64,000 nucleotides of DNA from contig CM068749.1 in the NCBI GenBank assembly GCA_035084275.1, forward strand, positions 15,562,001-15,626,000, given 5' to 3'. The notes beneath the pieces were generated by a model that was not told the DNA's origin, did not search any database, and saw only the letters and a program-made list of their open reading frames with translations. Positions 40,206 to 53,200 of the stretch are shown in pieces. This DNA is from Hydrolagus colliei (Eukaryota). Numbering within the stretch: the first letter of the stretch is position 1; the number at the start of each line of letters is the position of its first letter. Both the position numbers and the translations under genes were made by a program.

Positions 40206-41308
40206 ACTGTACTTAAAACCAATACTTGCCTGCCCTCTCATTACTTATCTCTCTCTTCAATATTCAGCCTTCGGCTTTCATTTTGTCCGTAAATGTGTTA
40301 TTTAAAACTTATTTTAAAAATCGCCTGATTTTTCTCAAAACAAATCCGCCCATGCCAGTTAACAAGTGTTTATTTCTTCCTTCCATTGTGTGGGTCTCAC
40401 AATTAATCTCATCAAATCTTTTCTGGTAGGATTCAAATTTCCAACTTTTGAATTCTGATTCTGTGATTCTTTTGTCATTGACTCTAAATATAATCAAGAA
40501 ATGAATTAGATCTGAATAGAATTATTTTTAAACAGAGTAAATTTTTATGTATGCATGCTCATTCTGTTAAGATATTTTTGGTTATGCCAACAAACGTTAG
40601 ATCTCCCCCACCTCCAACAGAAAAAGGTATGTTGTTCAATACAAATAAAAATAAATTGGAGTGTATTAGTCAGAGGTTGAGGCTCATTTTCAGCATTACA
40701 CAAACATTGGTTTAATATCTATGCATTTTGCCTGAAGTGATGTGGACTAGATATTAATCATAGGAACATAATCATTGCAACGAATAAAGAAAAGCACAGC
40801 TTATTGAATTGTGTACTATTCCGTGAGTATAAATGCGGATTGCAAGGGAGATATTCATAACACTGCCAATGAAATATTTCTGTTGCATTTTAAGTTCCAT
40901 GTGAAGACATTGTAGACATAGTTTTACCCTTTGGTAGATTAGATGGAAACCTATGGTAATGCATCTTGACGACTGCAGGAAAACAAAAGCAACATCAAAT
41001 CAACCTGTTTTAAGAGGCCAGATGGATGTTGTTCATAATTATATCCTGTGCAATCAGAGATATTTGGAGCAACTTGATGGTGTAGGGTGCAATCATCAGA
41101 AGATTGTCTTATTCTTTCCTATTTTGCTTTTGCTTCTTGCTTGCTTCTGCCTGAGGGTCATCAGCCTCGTACCTTGGAGTGATGAATATACACTGAAAAA
41201 AAAGCATCAAACATAAAACAATCCCATTATTTTATTATGGTTATACTTTTGAAGATGGAAGGTCTCATTCCGTATTTAGGGACAAAATGCTATTTTAACT
41301 ACAGGTGA

Positions 41309-41379
41309 TGAGTGTACAGCGCCTTGGGATGTCCTCTCGACGTGAAAGGCGCTATATAAATGTAAGGTTTGTTGTTGTT
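41309..41379 (+). mobile_element. L2 tail-only insertion with intact stem-loop
   Basis: AGCGCCTT-ggg-ATGTC-ctctc-GACGT-ga-AAGGCGCT-atataaatgtaagg(ttg)n. Confidence 0.85.
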
Positions 41380-42537
41380 TGAGTGCTTTAATTGGCACGA
41401 AGGCCAATATTCAGATATTTAGGATACACCTTGGAGTACATCCTTTAATTGTTTGATATCACGTTTGACTTTTAATTACTTTTTAGACTATCATAGAGCA
41501 TTATCTCTTTGAAATTCTTTTGTGATGTTGCTTTGAAATTGTAATTAAATTTACAGAATGTAATACTTCAACCAGGATGACTGACCTCCTCACCAACCAA
41601 TCAGCTAGCACTTTTTTTTACCTTATCTGGTACTCGTTGATAAGAGGTGGAACCAGTTCAAACTGAATCACTTATAGGGTTTTTTTTTCAAACAAACAAG
41701 AATATTTCAGCCCTGCCAGGAGATAATTGTAGACTTGTGTTTGAATTTAAACCTAAATGGAAAATGAAGAGACTTGTGTTTTAAACATACCCATCAATGG
41801 AAAATGTTACCCTAACACACCTGTCTCCGATGAGGAGGTTTCATAAAGCAATGACCCATCCCATTCAATTACCTGTGAAGTAAATTAATGCCTGTAGTTT
41901 GTTTCAATCAACCAAAAGTCCTTTACACAATGGCTCCTCCAAAATGGATTACACTGGTTAGCCAAGTTTACTGTCAATCAGAAACAAGAACGCTCTTAAA
42001 AGGTAAAGCACAATTTTTTTTATTTTTATTATTAGACAACTAATATTCCAAGATGCTTAATAAATATTCAAATTGATTGTTCATTATGTAAGTGAAGTAC
42101 TGTTTGTGCAATTTTCTCATTATCTGGGCATGCTTCCAATACATGTGCCACTTTCAAGACGTGGATTGTTAATCTTTTTAATTGATGTTCCACACGTTCA
42201 TGCTGACAGATAACTGGGCAGAAGTAAACGCCTTTGTCTGCAAATTTGTTGCTGTTCTTCAATTATTTTTTCTATTGTGTGCCAATATTGTTCTTCATTT
42301 CATCAGCAATTATTTAACAAATTATTTTTTTGTTCTGTTGTAATTTTAAATCTATTTGAATTAGAAATTTGCGATACAAATATTTACTTAGTGGAATACT
42401 GATGGTGACTCAGAATTATTTGAACTTTAATTGAATTCTGGGTCATACCAAAGTCATCACAGATTTCAGCAAGTTTGCTGGTTATTGGATGCTAATAGTG
42501 CCTAACATTCAGGTTCCAACTTACTGCAAGGTAACAG

Positions 42538-42635
42538 AGGTGTGTAGAGCAAGGAAACTTGCATTTTGCCCTGTGTGGGAATCAAACCCAGGCCTCCTAC
42601 TTGTGAGGCGAGTGCTCTAATCGCAAAGCTCCAGA
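42538..42635 (-). mobile_element. SINE tRNA-head fragment
   Basis: aaggaaacttgc...gggaatcaaacccagg...cttgtgaggcgagtgctctaa. Confidence 0.7.
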
Positions 42636-43722
42636 ACCACACACTACTTATCTAATATTGTAATATTAATGCTAGCTGTATACTGGTGAGACCGACTGAA
42701 ATTTATTTGTGAAGGTGAGAATAACATTTTCAAGTGTGCCAATAAGAATCTATTCTATATTTTAGCAACAGCAACTTGCTCCTTCATGTTAGGTAACATC
42801 TTGGAGAGCTTTACAATTTCAGTACAACAAATAATTGATAATAGACAAAACAATTATAAAAACAGTCACTACACTTGAAAGTAATTACTTTAAGCTCTTT
42901 TAATATGTGAAGTTGGTACAAAAATGCAAGTTATGTTTTTGCTAGTTGCTATAATAATATGATAATGATAATAATTCTTGCGTTTGATACAGTGCCTTTC
43001 ACATTGGGAGGACATCTCAAAGCACTTCATACAATGTGAAAGGAGATGCTGATCATGGGCCTAGATAAATCACAAATAGAAATATGGTTATAACTTCAAC
43101 AATCCACATAAATATGGTGAACCAAATGGAGGTCATGTCCTTCGAATTGTCAATGAATTTGTAAAATAAATAAAGAACTTCACTGAACACCAGCAACACT
43201 CCCATACATCACGTTAATATCTGTCCAAAATCAATTTATTTATGGATGTTTTAATTACTACAATATGAATGCACTAAAAATGTAAAATTTTATCATGCCA
43301 TTTTCTCAAGGATTGATTGCCAAATAATTTAAAGTGGCTATGCCATGACACTTAAAATTTTCAAAAGTTTGTTGAAAAAGAAATGTAAGAAAAACATTTT
43401 AATGAACTGGTGGTGCTGAGCAAATGAAGCATTTGTACAAAGTTAAAAAGAGTGTGGCACCCATTCTGTGACTGAACAAAAATTCAACTAACATAAAGTG
43501 ACACTGATTATCAACTGTTGGATCTTTATGTCTCTGCTCTTTGATGCATCATCCAACTGCTATTTACAGATCACCTTAAATCAGTTCAGTGTAAAAGTAA
43601 CCATGCATTCAAAGTTGGTTCAATTGCATCCTCTTTTTGTCTTTTAATTGGAAAAATTTTGTCTATAATGTAGGAATTAGTAATTAAGTTATCTCTATTC
43701 TTCATAAATTCATACAATCCAG

Positions 43723-44027
43723 AATAATAATACTTTCATTTTGATGTAGCACTTTTCATGTTTTCTAGATGTCTCAAAGCACTTCACACAATATACTGTG
43801 AAGTGAATTGACTTTATATTTGTGGGAGAAACACGGCAGCCAATTTTGCACAGCATTGACCCACAAACAGTCGTGGATTGAAATGTCCAATTAATTATTG
43901 TTTTTTTGAGGGATTATTATTAGGCATGTGGAGTAAGGAAACTTGCCCAAGGCTCTGCCCTGCCGGGAATCAAACCCAGGTCTCACTTGCAAGACGAGTG
44001 CTCTAGCTACTGAGTTACAGGACTCCA
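43723..44027 (-). mobile_element. Full-length tRNA-derived SINE
   Basis: A and B boxes (taactcagtag, ggtttgattcc), complete body and (ATT)n tail on the reverse strand. Confidence 0.93.
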
Positions 44028-46419
44028 CAAATCCGTTGCCCTTGCAATTTTTTAATGTACCTGTATGTTTGGTTTCAAACCTTTGCAGTAAACTCCGTTT
44101 ACTCCCTTTCTCATAGCCTTTTTTAATCGGTCATTTTACAGTAAATGTAATGCAAAATCATTATGATTTAATACAGTGCACTTAATACAGTGCTTTATGT
44201 TGTCAAGACGTCTCAAAGTGCTTCACAAGATATTCTGTAAAGTGGTGTACAAGCTTTCGGAAGAAACATAGGTTACTCCATTTCCTCAATTATTATAAAT
44301 TGCATGTAAATGTGCCTGACCAGAATTAATGCAAAACAAGCTTAAATTTTACATTTAAAAAAAAATCACTTTTATGAACGGAAAGAATTGAGTAATTTGA
44401 ATGAATTTGTCTGTGAGGGTGTATGTAAACCTGCTAACAATTTGCATTGTAATGCTTCGTAATAATATGATCAGTGGAAGGTGAATGCAAAATATTCCGT
44501 TTCTTTTGATATTGCATGAATCTGTGATTTTCGGGTTGATTCTTCAATTGAGTAGTAGTCCAAACTATGATCATGTTTCGCACAGCTGCCAAGGAATGAT
44601 TGATAACATAGCTGTTGATTTTTCCTAAATCCATCTACACTGGCTTATTTTGCACATTGCTGTTATTGCTTGGAAGATTATTTCACTTTTCTACCTATGT
44701 CCTCTAAAAAGTGTTTTCAGGAGTATGGTGTATGTGCTGTACTCTTTAATACGTGCTAATTTGTAGTGTATCTTGGAGAAAGCATTTAACTAAAAACTGA
44801 ACATGAAAAAGCTAAATCTTTATCTGACTGGCAATATATTGGCAGCACAATGAAGAATAGTCTTTTGATGTAGTGTTCTGCAATGGCAGTCTTGATTGTA
44901 ATGTCATCTTAGGGAATTTAAGTCTTCTGCTAATTATTGTTGGTGACCTTACTAAAAAGCTTCAAAACTGTGATGCGTTGATTTGTTCAAGACTTCAACA
45001 ACACTTTAGGACTGTACACTTACTTAGTTAACTTTTAAACAGAGAACATTGGGAAAATCTACAATTAACTTTAGGTTACTGGAACATCCTTGCAGGAATT
45101 TGTGGTGTGTATGAAGGATAATGATTCTATTACAAGCAATTAATAAGGATCTAGAACCTATTGCAAAACATCACTGATTGCACTTTAGAAACAAAAGGAG
45201 ACAATCAGGATTGATGACTTTCCAGTTTGTCAATTCGGTGGTTGTTGCTCTTGGATGGTGGGGAAGTTAGAGATTTGCAAGGTAGGAAATATCTTCGTGA
45301 AATTGCCCTCTGTGAAATTGTCACATTTTGGGTCTCCACTCACAACCTGAGCTGATACAATAATCTACAATTTTTGAATAACTGAAGTGCATGGGGTTCT
45401 GGAAAGCAAGCCAGAATGCCAAACCCACGGCAACCAAGTACTGCCAGACACTGCATTTTGTGTCTTGTGGTATCCAGGCAGATCTGATGTGAAGGGGAAA
45501 TGAATGATATTTATGAATAGGTTAGACATGGGTTTAGCTTAAATTTAAAAAGATTGGAGGAACTCTTGGTCATGAAAATATTTCTCTAGGCCTTTTCTTT
45601 ATTTTTAATTATGTTGTTTTGAAAATAGCTGGGTTTACTGCACAGAAGGAACCCGTGAACATAGTAATGAACAACTTAATGCTCTTCATTAATTAAAACA
45701 GACACAAGAACTAATCTTACATTTAAATTTTGCACTGCCATGCTATTAGAAGATTGTGCTAAAGCTTTGTTTATTATTTAAGGTTTGGCAGTGTGGCACA
45801 AAGTGACTTAATGTGCATATTAGATTTAATTGTGGCCTTCGGGGGCACTTGGACAGTGACGTTGACTTTATTTTCAGTATACAGTAGTTGCAGTGACGAA
45901 GGACACCCACAGATAGCTCTGGGAATTTGAATGCCATTCTCCCCAGAGTAAACAAATTCCTTCAGAATAAATTATAGAACTTGAACCTGCATTTTTCTCA
46001 TGGGCACCCTCCATCGGGTGATTTCTCTGCCTCAGGGAATTTACTCAGATGGCAGGACCTGTGCGTTCAATATAGAAACTATTTCTGCAATCCAAAAATG
46101 TCAGTAAAGCTGCTATCTCAAGGACATTGTTGAAATCCCAGAGGAAGCATGGGACAAGCATTTCTGCTGCAGGGTTCTTCATGGTATTCAAGTAGCGTCG
46201 TGTATTTAGAACCATCCCGGACATCAGGATGCAGTGCAGGAACACTGCGAAGTTGATAGCTGCTCTTTGCTAAATTTATTCTCATTAATTTCCTCTCCTC
46301 AGCAGGCAGATACTGAGCACCATTTGGGTATTCGTCCGTGGCATTAGAGCTTCTTGAACTTTTGTCAGAAGGGATATTTATTGATACAATTTTCTACCAC
46401 TTGGCCTTGTTTCTGCTAA

Positions 46420-46534
46420 ATGATGTGTGCAACTGGAATGCTAACGGCCATCAATTCAGACTTTTGCAAAAATCTGTGTCTGCTTGAACGATATCTACTT
46501 GGCCGCAAAGTGGAAATTTTGCAGGAGCTAACGT
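46420..46534 (+). CDS. Candidate first coding segment MMCATGMLTAINSDFCKNLCLLERYLLGRKVEILQELT of an unidentified gene
   Basis: ATG directly after an in-frame TAA and open to overlapping donors T|gtgagt (46534) and GA|gtaagt (46538). Upstream NAGNAG acceptor tttcctctcctcag|cag| at 46302/46305. Confidence 0.3.
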
Positions 46535-49500
46535 GTGAGTAAGTCAACAGCTAATTCAACTAGTCTAATAAATACAGAGGTTTACGATCCAGGTGGTGCA
46601 ACTGTCTTGGATAGAATCCCACAAGTGGGTGGTCCATTGTCCAGGCTTCTTCAACCAAAAGTTGTACAAATATAATTCAGCAAATGTAAAGCAGATCTCA
46701 GGGGCTATTTTTCAATTGATTCTTTGAATTCCATTCCTTCAAATCTGAACATAGTTAGATTACATCTGGTCGCAATTACAGTATGTCAATAATGATATTG
46801 GAATATTCACCCTTTATTTGCATTAAATGTTCCATAGCACAATATGGTCCAATACAACTGCCTACTGTTTGCTAAACCTATCAAACCATTCATTCCCTCT
46901 AAGTGTCAATGACAAGTTTGATAGCATTAGCAGACAGAATGTATTTGGCTATCTCAAGTTAGATTCTGAGCAGCCATTGAACTCATCTCTTGTTTTTAAA
47001 TCTAACTTTTCCCTCATATCTCAAGGAGATGGTGCCTGTGAGACCAAACCTAAAGTAGAATGTGAAATAAAACTTGAATGCTATTGATGTGAAGAGGACG
47101 TTAACGTTTAACCTACCTGTGTAAGGAAAAAAATCTCCAGTCTTCCAAAAGCAATGGTTGTATTCCTGTGTAGCACCAAACTATAGAGCACAGAATCTAC
47201 TGACTCCCAAATAGTCACAGCTGACTTGCTGAAACAACTGAAGTCTTTTAAGTGGATATTTATGATGAAACCAATGCAGGTTGTGAATTGAAATACACTT
47301 CACTGGAACGTGCAACTAATTTCCTCCGTAAATACATTTCTAAGCTTTTTTTTGGAAGGGGTGGGGCAGGAGGGGAGTGGGGTTTGATGGATAAGGTGGC
47401 AAAGATTTCAATCCCACTGTTCATTAAACTATCTTCTTTCTGCACACAATTTTTGAAGAATAATGTAATTTATGTGCTGTTTCATCATATTTTTGGTTCT
47501 CTATTGTTTTATCATTCATACAATCCATTCCATTTTAGAGTATATCCTCTGAAGCACTTCGATTCTCCCAACATGAAAGGTACTGTAACAAATGTAAGAA
47601 TTATTATTATTATTATTACATTGGATAGATCTGAACTGTCTGGAAGCAGATGAACATTAGAATATGTTTGTACAGTATCTGCAAGATATAAAATTTCACA
47701 AACTGAAATGGGGCTATTGCCAACATACAGTAGCTGCTGACATGATGAAGAGTTGATCCAAGGAATCTAGCAGGTTGTACTGAGGTCTTTGTTGTGTCAA
47801 ACCCAGGAATGATTATTCCTTTGGAAAAGTTAATCACCATAGTTTCAATTCTACTTTGAATGATTTCTAATTTTTTTTAAAAAAAACAAGATCTCTTTCA
47901 GGACTTTCAATCTACCTGTATATAGTATCAAATACAGAAAGTTAACTTTTTAAATAGTCTGGTGTTTACAGGAGTAGCAGTAAACAAGGTCTAGTAGTAA
48001 CTGCAATGGCTAATCTGGTGTAATCGCTTCTTTATGTATATATAGCATGAACACTTTCAATGTGTCTCAATAGTGCAGGCACATCAAAACAATTTTCTAC
48101 AGATTATTAAATTGTCCATGAAACAGACCGAAGTGTGCGAGCTACTCTTTCAACCTTGGTGCAATTGATGGTCCCTGTTCTAACAAGTTCAGATATTCAG
48201 ATATCTTCAGCTACAGTAAAACTATCTTCCAGCTGTTTTATAGAGAATCCTAGAGGGCCCTTTTCCTCTTGGTTTGTTTCATTGATGCATGACAACAGCA
48301 TATGCTGTAATGTTTGTTAATAGATAGCATTATTGTGCTGAAAGGCTGATTATTTTGTTCTGCACTATAATGACTGTTTGTAACTGGTACAAATAGGTTT
48401 CTGCAGTTGAGGAGTAAGGGGGGCGGTGGCGGGGGGTGGGGGGCGAGCGGGTGGCGGTGTTGAAGATAGAAACATGATGAATGACCATTTGAAATTGGTG
48501 TCCAAGGTGGAAACCAGGTTAGCAGTAAAGTTCAATTATTTCCGGTTGACGTTGAACAATAAAAATCACATGAGTATTGAGAGTCTTTCCGAAAGTAGAA
48601 ATCAGCTATTAAAGCAGTATGAATAAATACTCATTTACTTAAAAATTGCACATTTGCAGCATTTTTGAATAGGAACAGAACAAATCTACTGGATTATTGG
48701 TAGACTTTAAATCAAAGTTGACCTATATAGGACATCATGTGGATTTCTGCCATTTATTAAACTAAGTTGCACACAATGGGATCTTAAAATAATGCAATTT
48801 GTAAAATGAGGCATTTACAGTGACTTAGAATCTTAAAGATAATGTAGGGATTCCTGTTTGTAACCAGAAATGCATCTCACAGACCAGTGAGAATTCCACA
48901 ATCTGCCTCAGGCAAGTTGGTTCCTGTTGGTCGACGTGACTCACTTGTGGTTACCAGCATGATTTTTGGCCGGGATCTACATTAATGATTCCTGTTATGA
49001 ATTGCCATAAATTAGACCCTGATGTTGTGGCTTCCAAGTAAGAATATGTTTCTATATTTCTGGAGAATGGTTAATAGAAGAGAGGAAATTAATCAGAATC
49101 ATTGAAACGTTACTCCGAAACACTGGATGCTCATCATGTATGAATATTTGAAACAAAATATCTATGTTCTTCTTTACTTAATATAATAGAGTTTCACTTT
49201 TTGGACATTTTAGGAATGAGGACAACTCATTAATTTTCAGTTTGTTATTTTACCACCGTCATTTCAAAACCCCAATTCCTCCTCTCGGTTAATGAGGGTA
49301 ACCTGACTAATGTAGACACTAATGCTCAAACTGACAATTTGCAATTCCTTTGTAATAACTCTCCCTTCCTGGAAATGCTGGAAATGTGTGTCTGTGGATG
49401 CCGTTGGAACATGATGCCCATTCAAAGTTGAATAGCCTGCTAATCCTCATTGTGCAGCCTCACTTGTGATGAATGGCCACTTGGGAACAGAACAGTAACA

Positions 49501-49917
49501 AGAGTAGGAAAAGACCACTGGACTCTAAAGTAACCCACCTTCCCCCACCACACTAACTTATCACTAATCCATCTCTCATACCATCTCACTCAATTTCTCT
49601 CTCCGACAGCGATTGAAAGATGCTGTATGGAAACTGCTCCCGTTGAATAGGAGCCATTGACTTCAAGATGAGGGAAAGCAAGGGAACCGTTAAGGGAAAA
49701 TCTGAGGAAGAAAATTTACATGGAATTGTACACTCTCATGAGTGCAATAGGTTAGTTTTTTTTATAATAACTGCAGGATGCAATACAACATTCACCCACA
49801 GGATGCAGAAATGTCATGCTCACAAGAGGAATTTGTGAAACAAAATCTGGGAGCAACATATTTTCCCAGAAATTGCACAAATTTGTTACTTATGTAACAA
49901 AATCATTTTCTTATCGT

Positions 49918-50236
49918 CCAGTCTGATACCACAATGCAGTGCTAGGGAAGTTTTGCATTGTCCGAAGAGCCATCCTTAATGAGATATTAAACCAATGGAC
50001 TCTCACTCTTTGGGAAGACATTAAAGAACCAATGGCATTGTTTGAAAAGGGAAGGGAGTTCCTCCTGCTGTCCTGGCTAATGATTCTTCTGATTAAATTA
50101 ATCATCCATTTCATGGGTGTCTGTGGGACATTCTTGTGCATAGATTTTCACTTTGCAGTATATTCTGTGAAGTTCTTTGAAACGTTTCGAAGACATAATA
50201 AGGTGCTATATCAAATACAAGGATTATTATTATTAT
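49918..50236 (+). mobile_element. Deu-domain SINE (DeuSINE-like), degenerate
   Basis: gcagtgctagggaag...gagatattaaacc...atggcattgtttgaaaagggaagggagttcctcctgctgtcctggctaa resembles the recalled Deu domain; it ends in the shared atatcaaatacaagg(att)n tail. Confidence 0.75.
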
Positions 50237-53200
50237 CAAATGTAAAATGACCATTTGGTGATAATTAGTAAGTGTGTGTTCATTTCACACAGGGCCATTT
50301 CTTGCATGACAAATGGCCTCTATTGTGATCACCAGTCTGTGATACCTGAATTAACACATTATGCAAAATGTTCATTAAAATTCCCAGCATGACACTCCAA
50401 AGCAGTTGGATCAATGAAACTGTGCCATATTAGAGGTGCATTGCAGCTATGTGACAGAATGAATGAAAGAGCTGCTTTCAAGACATCTGCTGGAGTTAAT
50501 GAATGTGATGGTTCTTAAAGTTGATGCTTGCTAAATTGGTCTGCTCCTGAGCTTTATGCTTTCATGTGCTTGTCAGTTGTTGAAATCAGCCAATCACCAG
50601 GCTATTAATACCACAAGGCTTCCCCCATTGCACTCTCCTCACTGTCAGCATCAGCATCTCTCTCTCTCTCTGTCCACTGCCTTTTCTTTTCACAGCCCCA
50701 CCACCTGAACTAAATGACCTCCTTCTGTGCTGAAAGATTTTTCGTACCATTCTCTATTCCTGCAAATAGATCCCTCTTTCGTATTCATTCAGTGTTACTC
50801 ATGTGCATTTCCTTCAGCAGTTTAATCGTGTCCCAGCTACTCCATAGAGTTCAGGCAATTCCCACATATCCCTGTTTACACTGGGTTGTCTGCTTGCTAA
50901 AAGTGTACAGAACACATGTATTGATCTTTGCTGTACTCCCAGCACTTTTAAACCATTTGTCTTAATGTAAAAATATACTCTGTATATTTGCATCCTCTTC
51001 TCAAACCACACAGACTTTTGCATAGCGTCTTGTAGACACCAGTTGTATATAGTCTGTGCTTTGAATACAATAACTTGGATAAATGGCTCAGAACACTTCA
51101 GAGTGCTGATGAATGAGCAGGGAGGAAAGGCTTGCCAGTTAAGAATATATGAGAATTAGCTGCTGAAATCAACATCTCTTTATTAAGAATGCATATCAGG
51201 AAAATTGCTATCTATGATATGAATTGAAAGCACCTGACAACAACGTCAATTTATAACACACTTAGAAAGAGGCAAAGTTGCCTGATTTCTGGGTAAAATT
51301 ACATTGGATTATTTCTCTTAATGCCCCCATCCCCAACTGAAATCAAATGTATTTTTGAATCTGATCATTTTCTGCAGAATGTTTGAAGGTAAACTCTCCA
51401 TTTGATTGGCTGTTAGACTGTCTAATTTAGAAAAATTGCAATTCCCAGTGAAGAACAGCATGACATCTTTCCCTTTGATTCGGTGTTTAAATATTAGAAG
51501 ATAGTCTTGCAGAATAATGCAGGTAATTTGACTTGCACTTTTCCGTGTTACTCAAAATTTCTACTGAAGCAAAGTATTTCAAATTATCTCCCATATTTGT
51601 AAGAAATGCAGCTAGCTTTTAGGAAGAATAGTTTAATCTGGGAGAAGCTGGTAAGACTATTGATAGGAAGTTAGATATTCGTAGAATTTAATAGTCGTGG
51701 ATAAACTTAGTATTAGGCCAGTCCTTCTTACTGAATCTTAAGTTCATAACAGCAGTAGAGATTGGATGTAGAAGAGAAAAATCTCAGTAAAATGATAATG
51801 GAGCGAAGCTTCAAATTCTATTGCCTGTAGTTTGATCAAGATTCTAGCTATCCACTGGGGAGAGCATCTCCTGAATTCAAATTATAAACATGTAACTGCA
51901 TTTAGCTTCTCCCTTTCACCTTTTTTGATAACTCGGCAGGAACTATTTAGTCAATAAGTTATGCAAATGCAATGTTAAGATATGTGAGTACAGTATTTGT
52001 GGCACTAAATTGGGAAAAAAAACAATGCGGTATCTAGTTTTTTTTTAACTTGAATATAATTGATTAGATCAAACTCAACCATGTGGAACATTTTCTGTTT
52101 GAGTGATTTTGATGCAGCTTACAATTGCAATGTTAAGTACTGCTGTTGAGAATTAAGTTGTTGGAAAGACAAGGAAATCTCTTTAAAACATTGACATTAG
52201 TTGCTTTTAATAAAACTAGGAGATGCCCCATGGTTTCCACTGTGATACCATATGTGTACAATAAGTGGAGTCAACTGCTTGATGCGGGAGTGATGAAGTC
52301 ACAGGTATGTTATGTCTGGTTGATTTCATGAGCTGCAAATATGATCCCATATCAGTAGCCATGGGGTGTACTTTGTATACAGTTAAAGTGCTGGGAAATG
52401 TCAATGCTTTCATTGTATCAATGTGTGTCTGCCTTTATGGTCTGATACATGTCACTGCTAAGATTCTTTAAAGCCCGCAGCCATTTCATTGAATTTTGAA
52501 AAAAAGTATTTAAGCTCCTATCAAACAGCATATTTCAGTGTGCAAAAAAAAATCTTATTCATGAGGAAGATCTGTGTAAGTCAGTTGTAAAATAATCTGG
52601 AGCTGCATTCTGCTGTTAACTTGCAAGTGAGTAGTATGGCAATTTCATGCTTAATTTAGTCTTCTACACAATGACAGAAAATGTCATGACTGAAACATAT
52701 GTGAATACCTACCTATCAATTGTCCTGTACTTTGTAAGGTGTGGATCTAACCGAATACATTTGGTTTAAAACAAACAGCATAAATGCACAAATGCTTAAA
52801 CCATTAAAAAAATTAAGCCCACTTAATTTTCAATGGAGGATCTTTCGTGGATTGATGTGAAGGAGAGGGCTATGACTGGCTTCACATTAGATGGTATAGG
52901 TATTGAGGGAATCTCAGACTTCTTAAGATGGCTATATTGTTCATTTTTTGATTATGCACTGCGATGCTGGAAAAAAATGGATTTCCAATATATTCGGATT
53001 GAATTGGTTTTTATTGTAATGTTACTGCTAATTTTATTTGTTTCAACATTAAATGCACATCAGCTTGATCTCACTGGATCTGAAGTGATGAAGTTCATCA
53101 ATAAGAAATGGGAAGGCTTGATACTGTGATGGGAAGATGGTAAGATGGGTATTCTGGAGGGGATTCACATGGACATTCTTCATCAAAACCAAACCTGTGA

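Noticed and set aside
40918-40940. miR-140-like GTTTTACCCTTGGTAG
   Set aside because: The seed region does not match and there is no hairpin.
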